Below are positions 1 to 11,744 of a stretch of DNA of 64,000 bases, one piece after another. The DNA comes from Octopus vulgaris (Eukaryota): positions 26,722,001 to 26,786,000 of the forward strand of contig OX597828.1 in NCBI GenBank assembly GCA_951406725.2, in the 5' to 3' direction. The position numbers and the translations under genes are program-made. The notes under the pieces were generated by a model that did no database searches, was not told where the DNA came from, and worked only from the letters and a program-made list of their open reading frames with translations. Numbering within the stretch: position 1 is the first letter of the stretch; every line of letters starts with the position of its first letter.

Positions 1-318
1 GTATAGGTATATATGTAAATATACAAGTGTGTGTGTATAGGTATATATATAAATATACAAGTGTGTGTGTGTATAGGTATATATATAAATATACAAGTGT
101 GTGTGTGTATAGGTATATATGTAAATATACAAGTGTGTGTGTGTATAGGTATATATGTAAATATACAAGTGTGTGTGTGTGTATAGGTATATATGTAAAT
201 ATACAAGTGTGTGTGTGTGTATAGGTATATATGTAAATATACAAGTGTGTATAGGTATATATGTAAATATACAAGTGTGTGTGTGTGTGTGTAGGTATAT
301 ATGTAAATATACAAGTAT
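1..318. repeat. Minisatellite, ~34-42 bp unit GTATAGGTATATATGTAAATATACAA(GT)n
   Basis: About 8 near-identical units with a variable (GT)n spacer; explains ORFs 27..224 and 173..556. Confidence 0.95.
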
Positions 319-339
319 ATGTGATACGTTTGTCTGTAT

Positions 340-379
<40 letters not shown>

Positions 380-659
380 CTGAGAGATACAGGCATCAGA
401 TATCTATGCATGCTCAAACATACATACATTCATGTGTATCTATGTGCACCAAAAAATCTATTCATTCATTCATTCATACATACATTCACTAATTCATACA
501 TACACCTGTTCAGTTTGAAGGTAGAGTTGCTGCATGTCCTTTGCTCTGATTGCTAAAGCAAACTATATACATATACGCATACTCTCATTCCTAGTTTTAT
601 GTCTCTTAATATACATACACACGCACCCACACATGTGATCATTAAAGAAGGTGTATCAG

Positions 660-935
660 TTATGAGAAGGGTGCCAGTTGACCCGATCACCAGAACACCC
701 TGCTCTTGAAATTAACATGCATGTGACTGAGCACTCCACAGACACGCATACCCTCAATGTAGTTCCGAGGGAGATTCAGCATGACACAGTGTGACAAGGT
801 TGTTTTTTTTTTAATTGTGGGTACAATTCATTCTTGCTAGCTGGGTGGACTGGAGCAAAGTAAAGTAAAGTGTCTTGCCCAAGGACACAATGCAATGCTA
901 GGAATTGAACTCTTCAACTATATGATCCTTGAGCT
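660..935 (-). mobile_element. tRNA/CORE-type SINE (family D), decayed
   Basis: Shares body GCTGGGTGGACTGGAGCAA..AAGTGTCTTGCCCAAGGACACAATG with copies at 7278-7490 and 58380-58520, and with the plus-strand copy at 61550-61690. Confidence 0.7.
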
Positions 936-1459
936 GGATACTTTAGTCACTAAGCTCATAAACAAGGTTGAAACGGTCGGGGTAAATATGAAGATAGGAG
1001 CCTCTGCAGAAAACAATGGTGAACTATGTTGCTTGGAATTGCACGAATCCTCTGCAGAGTTCTCAAAATCAGAATGAAGTGAATTACCTTAGTCCAAACA
1101 CACACACACACAAACACAAGCTTGTACGTAGGTTCTGACTACCAAATCCACTGACAAGGTTCTGTGGTTGGCCTGGGGCTATAGTGGAGGACAGTAGCCC
1201 AAGATACTGCACAGTGGGACTGTACCTAAACAGGTGGTTGGGAGGCCAGCTTCTCAACCACACAGCCATGCCTGCACCTCTTTTATACATGCTAATGTGG
1301 AAGTTACATACATTGCATTTCCAGAATCGTTAAGGTACCAGGTGTCTAGTTGTGGCCCTTGCTTTTCTCTTGACTACAGCTGTTTTCTTCTTTCAAAATT
1401 TCTGCCCAAGTTGTGCTTATGTTAGGAATTATTGTTGAGCCTGGACCTTAGGATTCTAT

Positions 1460-2007
1460 TTAACCTTTATGACACCAACCCACATGAGACCACCCCTACT
1501 TGTTTTATGATACAAGTTTCCTGTTGACTGGCCTCTGTGCTGGTAGCACGTAAAAAGCACCATCCGATCATGGCCGTTTGCCAGCCTGGCCTGGCCTCCG
1601 TGCCAGTGGCATGTAAAAGGCTCCATCCGATCGTGGCCATTTGCCAGCCTGGCACATGTGTCGGTGGCACGTAAAAAGTACCCACTACACTCATGGAGTG
1701 GTTGGTGTTAGGAAGGGCATCCAGCCGTAGAAACATTGCCAGATCAGACTGGGCCTGGTGCAGCCTTCTGGCTTCCCAGACCCCAGTTGAACCGTCCAAC
1801 CCATGCCAACATGGAAAGCGGATGCTAAACGATGATGATGATGATGATGATGATCTAGTTTAAAACCTTCCATCAACATTTCATATTCATGTTCCAGACA
1901 CCAGCTTGATAATGACAGTGTTATTTTAGTAAATTCTTCATTAACTTCAATACTAATTAAAGCAGAAGGAGTCTATTTCAACAGAAATAGGGGAAGGAAA
2001 CGGTTAA
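1460..2007. mobile_element. Decayed TTAA-flanked (piggyBac-like) MITE interrupted by an RTE 3' end
   Basis: 1855-1950 matches the reverse complement of the MITE at 24187-24407; TTAACC.. at the left end and ..GGTTAA at the right end. Confidence 0.6.
1525..1853 (+). mobile_element. RTE-type retroposon 3' end (family C) with internal ~50-60 bp tandem units and (GAT)n tail
   Basis: Repeated GGTGGCACGTAAAAAGCACC units, GGTTGGYGTTAGGAAGGGCATCCAGC motif and GATGATGAT tail; near-identical copies at 8487-9022 (-) and 50968-51314. Confidence 0.8.
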
Positions 2008-2345
2008 AGATCGATGGTTTGGAAGAATTATTCACATGCCACACAAAATGTCGCACAGTATTTGATCTGATGCTTTTGAGTTCAAGTTTCATTGAGGCTG
2101 ACTTTGTATTTCTTCTTTCCAGGGTCAATAATTGAATAACTCATCTGGCTCCAAATTTTTGGCTTGTGCCTAAGTTAGAAATGGTTATCATAAAAAAAAA
2201 AGTTGGCTGAATTGTTCAAATGCCAGACAAAACTATCTTTCACTTTCACTTTTCTATACTTGTATGGGTTAAGACTGTGTTCCTTGAGGTAGATTTTCTA
2301 CAGCCAGATGCTCTTCCTGTTGCAAACCCTCTCTTCTTTTCTAAA

Positions 2346-2709
2346 TCTCTACATATATAAACGGCAAAATGTCTGTGTGTGTGTCCTTAATGCAAATCCA
2401 CAATTTTTCAGTTAGAGAGCTCGCACTTTCATTGGTCATTCAAAACCGTCCAAGGGTGGTTGTGCACATCTTTACATTTCCCCAGTCACCTTGTAAAGCC
2501 ATTAAAAAATCAATAGAAGTGACTTTTTTGTGAATTTTCTATCCAAAACCCAATCAAAATGGCCGAAGCTTGATACGCCAATTGAATGCCAGCTAGCTGT
2601 ATGTGATTGGTCGGAGATTTGGACAGTACTCACGTGTATGCATGCATGTACGCAGCTGTATATGCATGCACTAGCACTATGACCCGGCAACGCCGGGTCA
2701 CAGTGCTAG
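2346..2709 (+). mobile_element. Non-autonomous Helitron
   Basis: 5' TCTCTACATATATAAA; 3' hairpin GACCCGGCAACGCCGGGTC then terminal CTAG; no TSD; second copy at 13780-14162. Confidence 0.85.
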
Positions 2710-3393
2710 ATAATATTTTCCCATGGCCAAGCATGTTTCTGAAGAATATTTGAAATGAATGTTCATTTACAATGATTACACAATATCCAGACAAGGAGAA
2801 ACCAGTGCACGCACACACACACTTCCATCTACTAAATCTGTTCACAAGGCTTTGGTCAACCTGTGGCTATAGCAGAAGACACTTGGCCAAGAAACTCAAA
2901 CCATGTGGTTGGTAAGCAAACCTTTTAACCACACAGCCACTCCTGTGCCTTGCAATCTTTTGTGATGGTCTTTTTTTCATTATGAATGCAAACCCTCCAA
3001 CGCCACCAAGGTCTACTCTGCCTTACAAATTTTTACATTACCAGCATATTGTGTGCATACACATATATTTACACTTGCTAATACATATATAAATACACAC
3101 GTATACACACACACACACGTACATTTGTATTTAAATGCTAGTAAGAGTTATTTCTCATTTCTATTCTGAAGACTATCACAACTCTGACTGTCCCAGCCTG
3201 AAAACTCCGATGCTAATTAATCAGTCTTTTCTCTCTACTTAGTTCCATTGCATTGTCTTATTCCTTCCTTTTTGTTGAATTAAGAGAGAGAGAGAGAGTA
3301 TTCTACCTATGTTAACCTGCTCCTGCAAACCCTCCAACCCCACCAAGGTCTACTCTGCCTTTTATCCTTCCAGCACCAATGAAATTAAGTACC

Positions 3394-3624
3394 TATTTCT
3401 TTATTACCCACAAGGGGCTAAACATAGAGGGGACAAACATGGACAGACATAGGTATTAAGTCGATTATATCGACCCCAGTGCTTAACTGATACTTAATTT
3501 ATCGACCCTGAAAGGATGAAAAGCAAAGTCGACCTCGGCGGAATTTGAACTCACAACGTAACGGCAGCCGAAATACCGCTAAGCATTTCGCCCGACATGC
3601 TAACGATTCTGCCAGCTCGCTGCC
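3394..3624 (-). mobile_element. Young tRNA-derived SINE (family B) nested in an older relative
   Basis: Minus-strand head GGCAGCGAGCTGGCAGAATCGTTAGC; central GACTTTGCTTTTCATCCTTTCAGGGTCGATAAATTAAGTA; flanked by GTACC on both sides; empty-site paralogue at 4880-5099. Confidence 0.85.
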
Positions 3625-4260
3625 GTACCAGCCAAACGCTGAGGTGTCCCTACAACCATTTCCTTCTCACCAAATTTAAGGCCTTGTGCTTTTGTTAGAA
3701 AGTCTTATTAGAATTATCTTCATTTTGCTTGATGTTGCTGCTGTTGTTAGCATTTATTATTGATGAAATTTTAGATGCTAATGTTGTTGTTGTTATTACT
3801 GTTGTCGTTATCTTAATTTTGTTGTTGTTGTTGTTTGTACTATTACTGTTGTATCTGGAGTTAAGTTTAAAGGAATACCATTTCAATTTTGTCTTTATTT
3901 ATATATTTTATATTTCCAAAAAAAAAAAAAAGCACATTTCTTTTTAAATAAATTATAAAATCAAAATAAGTTCTTATCTTTATTTTTAAAATGTTCAAAG
4001 AACATGCTAAGTTAGGCTGGTGATGATGATGATGATGATTATTGTAGTGATGGTATTTGCGATAGTGTTAGTATTGGGAATGGCGTTGGGGCTGATGATG
4101 TAACAGCGTGGAAACTAAAGAAGAGATAAAATAAAATATGGTTTTTAATTTTTTTTTCACCCCAAAACTAAATGACTTTTCAAGAACAAATATGAACAAT
4201 AAAAACATGCACACACTTAGGGAAAGGAATATACATACACATGTATAGGGTTGGTGGCTG

Positions 4261-4321
<61 letters not shown>

Positions 4322-4879
4322 GTGTGTGTGCATATATATATATAATGTGTGTAGAAAATAGATAGACATGTACTTCACAGGGCACATTTTAACTTGTCTA
4401 AACGAAGTATTTTTCACAGAAAGTGCTTGATGAACTAATTAAAAATTAATTAGAGATATGACAAAAGTCTGTGCGAAAGAAATAAGTTAATGGAAAGGGA
4501 GAATCCAGACTAAACTGATAAAAATGTGTTTGTGTGTGCGTGTATGTATGTATGTATATATATATATGTGTGTATGTATATATATGTGTGTGTGTATGTA
4601 TATATAAAGTATTGATTTTTGTAGATACAAGACAAGCTCCTTCGTCCTGAGTTTTTTCTTTTTTTTTTTTGCTGGTTATTAAGGTGAAGTTTGTGCAGTT
4701 AGAACCCAAGTCTTATATTAGTATGTACTTAATCAACTTGACAACTCTGAGGTCATGTACTCCTGACCCTCATGAATATAATGAATCCATCCTCATCCTC
4801 TCTCCCCACTGCTCTCCTCCTCTGCCAACCCAAGTGTTCTATGAAATTTAGCAGTGAATGTCTTGTTTAGCTCCTGATT

Positions 4880-4910
<31 letters not shown>

Positions 4911-5099
4911 CTACCTATGTTAACCTGCTTCTGCAAACCCTCCAACCCCACTAAGGTCTACTCTGCCTTTTATCCTTCCAGCACCAAGGAAACTAAGTAC
5001 CAGTCAAACACTGAGGTGTCCCTACAACCAATTCCTTCTCAACAAATTTCAGGCCTTATGCTTTTGTTAGAAGGTCTTATTAGAATTATCTTCATTTTG
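4880..5099 (+). repeat. Local duplicate of 3283-3727 lacking the SINE insertion
   Basis: (GA)n-TATTCTACCTATGTTAACCTGC...TTAGAATTATCTTCATTTTG present in both; partial third copy at 2987-3024. Confidence 0.9.
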
Positions 5100-5813
5100 G
5101 AGTTCCAACCCTGACCACTCCATCTTTTAATGTCTATTTGCGACTGATTTACATTAGTCGTGTCAGTTCAGGTTGTTTTGGGTTTTTTTTTACGTAGGAC
5201 AGATGTGATTTGAAAAGTATTTGGTTGCTAGTTTTAGCAATTTAAGCAAATGTATAAGTCCCTTCATAGAGGCTATATGAGTGTGTAGTTAGTGTATGAC
5301 TTTACAGGACTAAATGTCTCCAGTTCATATCTGTATGACACATATATGCATTGAAGGCTTGATGGTGGTTTCAGGTTCAGTCCCACCAAGTGGCATCTTG
5401 GGCAAGTGTCTTCTACAATGGCTCTGAGCCAACCGAAGCCTTATGAGTGGATTTTGGAGATGGAAACTGAAAGAAGCCTGTTGTGTGTGTGTGCATGTCA
5501 GGGGAAGGTGAATTATGTCTTCTTGTCTTCACATTACATAACGGTTGTAAACAAGGATTACCTTGATGCCTGAGGTTTCCTTCATTTCCAATTTTCCATG
5601 TAAACATGTCTAGCCATGAGGCAGGATTACCTTTCCTGGAAACATATGTCTTGAGGATAGGAAGAGCATCTTGTTATAGAAATGACCTAACTCATGGTAA
5701 GATAGAAAAATGAATGACAAAGTTGTGCAATGGTGCAGAATATTCAATTAGAATTTGAGAGGTGCAAGGTTCAATTCTTTTCTGTTGTAGCTTGCTGGCC
5801 ACTTCCTTATAGG

Positions 5814-6152
5814 GACAGGCATGGCTGTGTAGTAAGAAGCTTGCTTCTGGTTTCAGTCCCACTGTGTGGCACCTTGGGCAAATGTCTTCTGCTATAGCCC
5901 CAGGCTTACCAATGCCTTGTGAGTGAATTTGCTAGATGGAAACTGAAAGGAAGCCTGTTATGTGTATGTGTGTGTGTGTGTGTGCGTGTGTGTGTGTCTC
6001 CCACCCCACTGCTTCACAACTGGTAATGGTTTCTCTATGTCCCTGTAACTTAGTGGTTCACCACAAGGGACTGATCACATAAGTACCAGACTGAAGTTCT
6101 TCAAGATGCTACCCCAGCATGGCCGCAGTGATGACTAAAACCAGTAAAAGAC
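5814..6152 (+). mobile_element. CORE-type SINE (family A), older copy
   Basis: Head CAGGCATGGCTGTGTAGTAAGAAGC, CORE-like ACCTTGGGCAAATG, internal (GT)n, 3' AGTAAAAG. Confidence 0.75.
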
Positions 6153-6881
6153 AGGCTATGAAGAGTGAGAGAGAGAGAGAGTGTGTGTGTGTGTGTATAA
6201 AGGTAAAGATAAAAAGTGGAGCTGAGGAAGAATAGGAAGGGTATAGGGAATGAGTGGAGTGTAAGAGAGATAGAGAGAAAAGAATAAAAGGAAGAAAATA
6301 GTGGTAGGTGAGGAGAGAGAGAGGGTGAGTGATCTCATAAAAAAAGTGGGACCCAACAAAGGAGAGCCAGAAGAAAGGTTATTATGATGGAGACTAGGTG
6401 CATGTGTTGGGTGTCTATACATGATTGTGTGTGTGTGTGAGAGAGGGAGGGGGAGGCAGAGAGCAAGAAGCCACAAAAGTGAAAACAATAAACCACATTA
6501 AGTCTTTGTGGAAAAAGACTTAATGGTGATTGTTTTTGTTTCATTTGTCTGTATTTATTTATATATTTTTTTCTTTATCTAACCCTGCCCACCACTCCTG
6601 TGGCTAACTGGTTCATTATTCACCTTAGTCAGGCTTCTACATGCAGAATAATGGTGGTGTTGGACTGGCTTGACCTGCAAATAAGATGGACAATGAGGAA
6701 GGAGAAGGGTCCTGCTCCCAGTGGAACCTTTGATAGTTTCAAGGCCTCCCACTTAACCACCACTGCTGGTAGATTAGTAGGGAGAGGTGATAGTCTCCAG
6801 GTACTTAGAATTGGTGCTCTGTTGGTTATGGGGACAAGGGTTTCAGTTGATGCGATCCATGTGGCTGAGCACTCCACAGAT

Positions 6882-7094
6882 ACTCTTTTACTCTTTTACT
6901 TGTTTCAGTCATTTGACTGTGGCCATGCTGGAGCACCGCCTTTAGTTGAGCAAATCGACTCCAGGACTTATTCTTTGTAAGCCTAGTACTTATTACATCG
7001 GTCTATTTTTGCCGAACCGCTAAGTTACGGGGACGTAAACACACCAGCATCGGTTGTCAAGCGATGTTGGGGGGAGAAACACATACACATACAC

Positions 7095-7129
<35 letters not shown>

Positions 7130-7277
7130 GGACAGGCTTCTTTCAGTTTCCGTCTACCAAATCCACTCACAAGGCTTTGGTCGGCCCGAGGCTATAGTAG
7201 AAGACACTTGCCCAAGGTGCCATGCAGTGGGAATGAACCCAGAACCATGTGGTTGGTAAGCAAGCTACTTACCACAC
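6882..7277 (-). mobile_element. CORE-type SINE (family A), young, inserted into a family D SINE
   Basis: High similarity to 37665-38079; family D sequence resumes on both sides (6858-6881 and 7278-7490). Confidence 0.9.
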
Positions 7278-8366
7278 ACTTGATGTAGTTCTCAGGGAGA
7301 TTCAGTGTGACACAGAATGTGACAAGGTTGGTCCCTTTTGCATTACAGGTTCTACTCATGTTTTCCAGCTGAATGGGCTGGAGCAATGTGAAATAAAAGT
7401 GTCTTGTGCAAAGGCTCAACATATCACTGGGAATTGAACTCATGACCCTACGATTGTCAATTGACTACCTTAATCACTAAGCCACACACCTGGTGATATT
7501 TATTACTAAATCTAAACAAAGATGAAATAGGAGAAATAACTCAGTGACCAGTGTTGCGTATAAGAGCATCATAGATAATACAGGTGTATCGAATACCTGA
7601 CAACATAAATTCATGATTTATCAAAATTACCTGTGTCTAAAATTACCTGTATCAAAATTACCTGTGTCATAATTACCAAATGACAATTGGGATCAGCTCC
7701 AATTGAGGAGGGAAGATAATCTCAAATATGAAGAATTTTTACCAAGTTGACATGCCATCAAGGAAAAAGCAATAGCCATCATCAGCACACCAATTATCTG
7801 ACCTTATCTCCAGTAGCCAAAGGATTTAGAATTACAGAAATCAGAGTAGAATACATTTATGGCCTAGGCAATTTGCATAATTTAAACAAAAATGAGCAAA
7901 GGGAAATAACTCTAAGTGACCTGCGGCATGTATATGAACAGCATAGACAAATGCTGGCACATCAAATACTATACAATATAAATTCTTCACTTATTAAAAG
8001 TATCTGCACTCTAGGAGACTGTATCATTATCCCTAAATGGCAATTAAAATTGGCTCCATTTGAGAAGAGAAAATAATCTCCAAAATCAAGAATTCCTCAA
8101 AGTCGGCATTTAAGGAAAAGGACCAGGTTATTGTTTGGTAGGTGTGATTATATAAAAGGGGTTTCTGATCCAGCAGACCTGTAATCAAAAGTCTTCCACT
8201 TGTGACCATTCCATGTTTTTCCTGTGTTCCAATAATCCAGGACTACACTGCCCGACTTTGTCATTTACTAAGATGGTGATTTGTTGGAGATTTGCTTGCT
8301 ATTTCTTGGAGATCAAGTTTCCATATGAAGACTTCCTTGTTACATTGACCCCTTGATATTGAGATA

Positions 8367-9110
8367 CAGTTATCCTTCGCAATATTGCAGTTCACCCATC
8401 TTGGTTTATTACTTAAGCTTACGTCGATTCCTCTGTGGTGTTGTTTTGCATTTTATAATAAAATAAATATGTATAAATTATTAAAATCATCATCATTGTT
8501 TGGCGTCCGCTTTCCATGCTAGCATGGGTTGGACGGTTCAACTGGAGTCTGGGAAGCCAGAAGGCTGCACCAGGCCCAGTCTGATCTGGCAATGTTTCTA
8601 CGGCTAGATGCCCTTCCTAACGCCAACCACTCCATGAGTGTAGTGGGTGCTTTTACGTGCCACCGGCACAGGTGCCAGACGAGGCTGGCAAACAGCCACG
8701 ATTGGATGGTGCTTTTTACGTGCCACCGGCATGGGGGCCAGGTGATGCTGGCAACGGCCACGATCGGATGGTGCTTTTTACATGCCACCGGCACAAGGCC
8801 AGTCGGGGCGGCGCTGGCAACGACCACGTTTGGATGGTTCTCTTACGTACTACCAGCACTGGTATCACAGCTGCAATTTCCATTGATGTTGATCGATTTC
8901 GATTTTCACTTGCCTCAACAGGTCTTCACAAGTAGAGTTTTGTGTCCCAAGAAGGGAAGGTATGCATAAGTGGACTGGCTACATCCAAGGTAGAGGCCAA
9001 GGGTTATGGTCTCACTTGTCCTACAGTATAGTACTGTTTCTACTTCACAGATCTTCACTTACCACAGGGTGTTTTGGAATGTAACCCCTGTAATAGTCAA
9101 GGGATCACTG
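8367..9110. mobile_element. Tigger/pogo-like MITE interrupted by an RTE 3' end
   Basis: TA|CAGTTATCCTTCGCAATATTGCAG ... CTGTAATAGTCAAGGGATCACTG|TA: imperfect TIRs with TA TSD. Confidence 0.65.
8487..9022 (-). mobile_element. RTE-type retroposon 3' end (family C), longest copy
   Basis: Reverse complement of 1525-1853 with extra upstream sequence and four internal tandem units. Confidence 0.8.
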
Positions 9111-9154
9111 TACTTATATATAATAGGTATTAGTATTGTTTGTTTTAGCTCTGG

Positions 9155-9800
9155 GTCAGTCCTGATTGAAGAGAGCCTCAATCCAAGGCATTCCAGATAT
9201 GACCATCCCATCTTTTTTTCATATAATAGTGTATTTAGAACACCATTTCCCAGTGTACCTTAACTTTCTTCAGGCTAGTTAAGATTTATATTAAAGAGAC
9301 TTGACTACTGTTTTCAGCAGTTTGAATGACTGTGTTGAGGTGCCCCCTGTGTAGTTGTGGTGTCAGTAAACCTATAATGAAAAATGTTCCAGCCATGACC
9401 ATCCCATCTTCTATTTCAGACATAGTGTATCTAGAACCATACTATCTAGCGTGTCCTTTTAAGTTCCTTTAGGACAGTTGGGCTTGATATCAAGGATACT
9501 CGGCTGTTGTTTTCAGCAGTTTGAGTGACTGTGTCATGGTGCTCTTTGTGTGATTATGGTGTCAGTAAACCTATAAAGATATTCCAACCATGACCATCCC
9601 ATCTTCTATTTCAGACATAGTGTATCTAGAACCATACTATCTAGTGTGTCCTTTAAGTTCCTTTAGGACAGTTGGGCTCGATATCAAGGACACTTGGCTG
9701 TTGTTTTCAGCAGTTTGAGTGACTGTGTCATGGTGCTCTTTGTGTGATTATGGTGGCAGTAAACCTATGATGAAAGACATTCCAACCAACCATGGCCATC
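9155..9800 (+). repeat. Tandem array (~195-205 bp unit, ~3.3 copies) of an interspersed repeat core
   Basis: GTCAGTAAACCTATA..CCATGACCATCCCATC..ATAGTGTATCTAG units start at ~9155, 9362, 9561 and 9755; dispersed single copies near 8160, 49720 (-), 55570 and 61340. Confidence 0.85.
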
Positions 9801-10838
9801 TCACCTTGTATTGAAGTAAAGTGTACATGTAATCCTATGTGATTGTCATTATTGGTTCGAAGTGTTGATGGTTGTCGTAGTAGTAGTACTAGTAGTAGTA
9901 GTTGTAGTCATTTGTTATGACTGCTGATAGTGGTGACAGTGGTAGGGGCGGCTTTTCTTAATTGTGGTATTATGATGGCTGATAGTAAGAGTGGTGAATT
10001 GAAATGATAATTGTTCTTAATTGTGATATGATTGCAGATAGTAAGTGGTGGCGGCGGTGGTGGTGGTAGTTGATAATGTAGTAGCAGCAGTGGTGGTGGT
10101 GGTGGTGATGGTGGTAGCGGCTATTCTTATTGCTGTCAATCTTTTACTGGTTTCAGTCTTTGGACTGTGGCCATGCTGGGGCATTGTTCTCTCTCAAGTG
10201 TTTAGCCAATCACATTGACCTTAGTACTTATTTTAAGCCTAGTGTTTATTCTGTTTCATCTCCCTTTTAGTAAAGTGCTAAGTTGTGGGGACGTAAACAA
10301 ACCAACACCAGTTGTCAAGCGGTGTGAGATAAACTCACACACACAAGCACGCATGCGTGTGTGCACAGGCACACACACACACACACACACACACACATTT
10401 AACAGGTTAATAATCTCTCATCCAGCTAAACTGTGATCAGACTTATTCCAAACATGATTTTGTCTTTTTCTATATTTAGAACAAATTGCCATCAACCGCT
10501 TTCCTCTGTCCTCAAAAATATAAGACTCAAACTGCTTGGCTGCATTAACCCTTAGTGGGCTGGTGGGGTTGGAATTATACAAAAGGCCATTGGGGTTCCC
10601 TTTTATTTTGGCACATTTTCCACACTATCCATGAAGTAAAATTCATTTAATCCTAAGGCGGTGAGCTAGCAGAAACAGCATGCTGGGTGAAATGCTTTAC
10701 GTTCTAGGTTCAAATTCTGCCATGATCGACTTTGCCTGCCATCCCTTCAGGGTTGTTAGATTAAGTACCAGTTGTGCACTGGGGACTGCTCCCTCCGCCA
10801 AAATTTCGGGCCTTTTGCTTAGAGTAGAAAAGAATATT

Positions 10839-11323
10839 TACATTATTTACATTTGACAGATATTTGTCCTCATCTTGTTTGTTGTTAACACGTTTCGGCT
10901 GATATACCCACCAGCCTTCGTCAGGTGTCTTGGGGAAATTTCGAACCTGGGTTCTCATTCTTAAGGTAGTTTTTGACATTGTTTTTATTATTATTCAGGT
11001 CATTGCCTAGAATCGAACTCGGAATCTTAGGGTTAAGAGTGCCCGTGGGCATATGGCATAGTGGTTAAGAGCATGGGCTACTAACCCCAAGATACCGAGT
11101 TCAATTCCAGGCAGTGACCTGAATAATAATAATAATAATAATAATAACATTGAAAACTACCTTAGGAATGAGAACCCAGGTTTGAAATTTCCCCAAGACA
11201 CCTGATGAAGGCTGAAAGGTATATCAGCCAAAACGTTGTTAACAACAAACAAGATGAGGACAAATATCCGCTAAATGTAAATAATGTACATAATTCCTCA
11301 TTTCTTAAATATAGAACTGTATT
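10839..11323 (+). mobile_element. Fold-back retroposon insertion: tRNA-like head plus hammerhead-like motif, preceded by an inverted partial copy
   Basis: Arms 10839-11047 and 11072-11288; A-box TGGCATAGTGG 11054-11064; B-box GAGTTCAATTCC 11097-11108; flanking direct repeat AAAAGAATATTTA at 10828-10840 and 11324-11336. Confidence 0.85.
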
Positions 11324-11479
11324 AAAAGAATATTTATTTAATCTCATTTTTAAGTATGAGTGCATGCAACAGAATAAGAAATTTAGTCCTTTTTTGAAAT
11401 AGATTTATAAACTATACATAAAGCACTAAATATAAAATAAAACAAATAGAATAGAAGAAAAAAAGTATATCGACACCTT

Positions 11480-11744
11480 TTGATCTCCATGTGTCTAACA
11501 CACGTGGACATGCCTACAAAGTCAGAAAACAACACAGCTCCCATGACTTTCAGAAACATTTTTTCAAGCTCAGAGTTGCTGAAGCATGGAATAAACTGCC
11601 TGCATCAGTTGTTGACTGCCATGACACTGCATCCTTTAAGGCCCTCATGCTTTCCGAAATCCGCCGAAACTACACCTGATTATATATACACTTTAGATGA
11701 GTTGTAGTGCACCTGAGCACTGTACACAATTATTATTATTATTA
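11480..11744 (+). mobile_element. CR1-type LINE 3' end (RT C-terminus fragment) with (ATT)n tail
   Basis: Peptide TRGHAYKVRK..HFFKLRVAEAWNKLPASVV...SFK matches the typical CR1 ORF2 C-terminal motif. Confidence 0.85.

Noticed and set aside
945-1005. Protein-like minus-strand peptide GSYLHIYPDRFNLVYELSD* after a TTTTCTGCAG acceptor
   Set aside because: No recognisable homology or partner exon; lies between two SINEs
1525-1680. Repeated GGTGGCACGTAAAAAGCACC with variable spacers (CRISPR-like)
   Set aside because: The spacers are related to each other, and the unit is an internal tandem of a multi-copy retroposon 3' end
8930-9022. Possible HDV-like ribozyme at the head of the longest family C copy
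   Set aside because: The nested pseudoknot (P1/P3/P1.1) could not be built; more likely LINE 3' UTR
11048-11119. Possible tRNA gene
   Set aside because: A/B boxes are present but there is no proper acceptor stem or oligo-T terminator; it is the head of a retroposon
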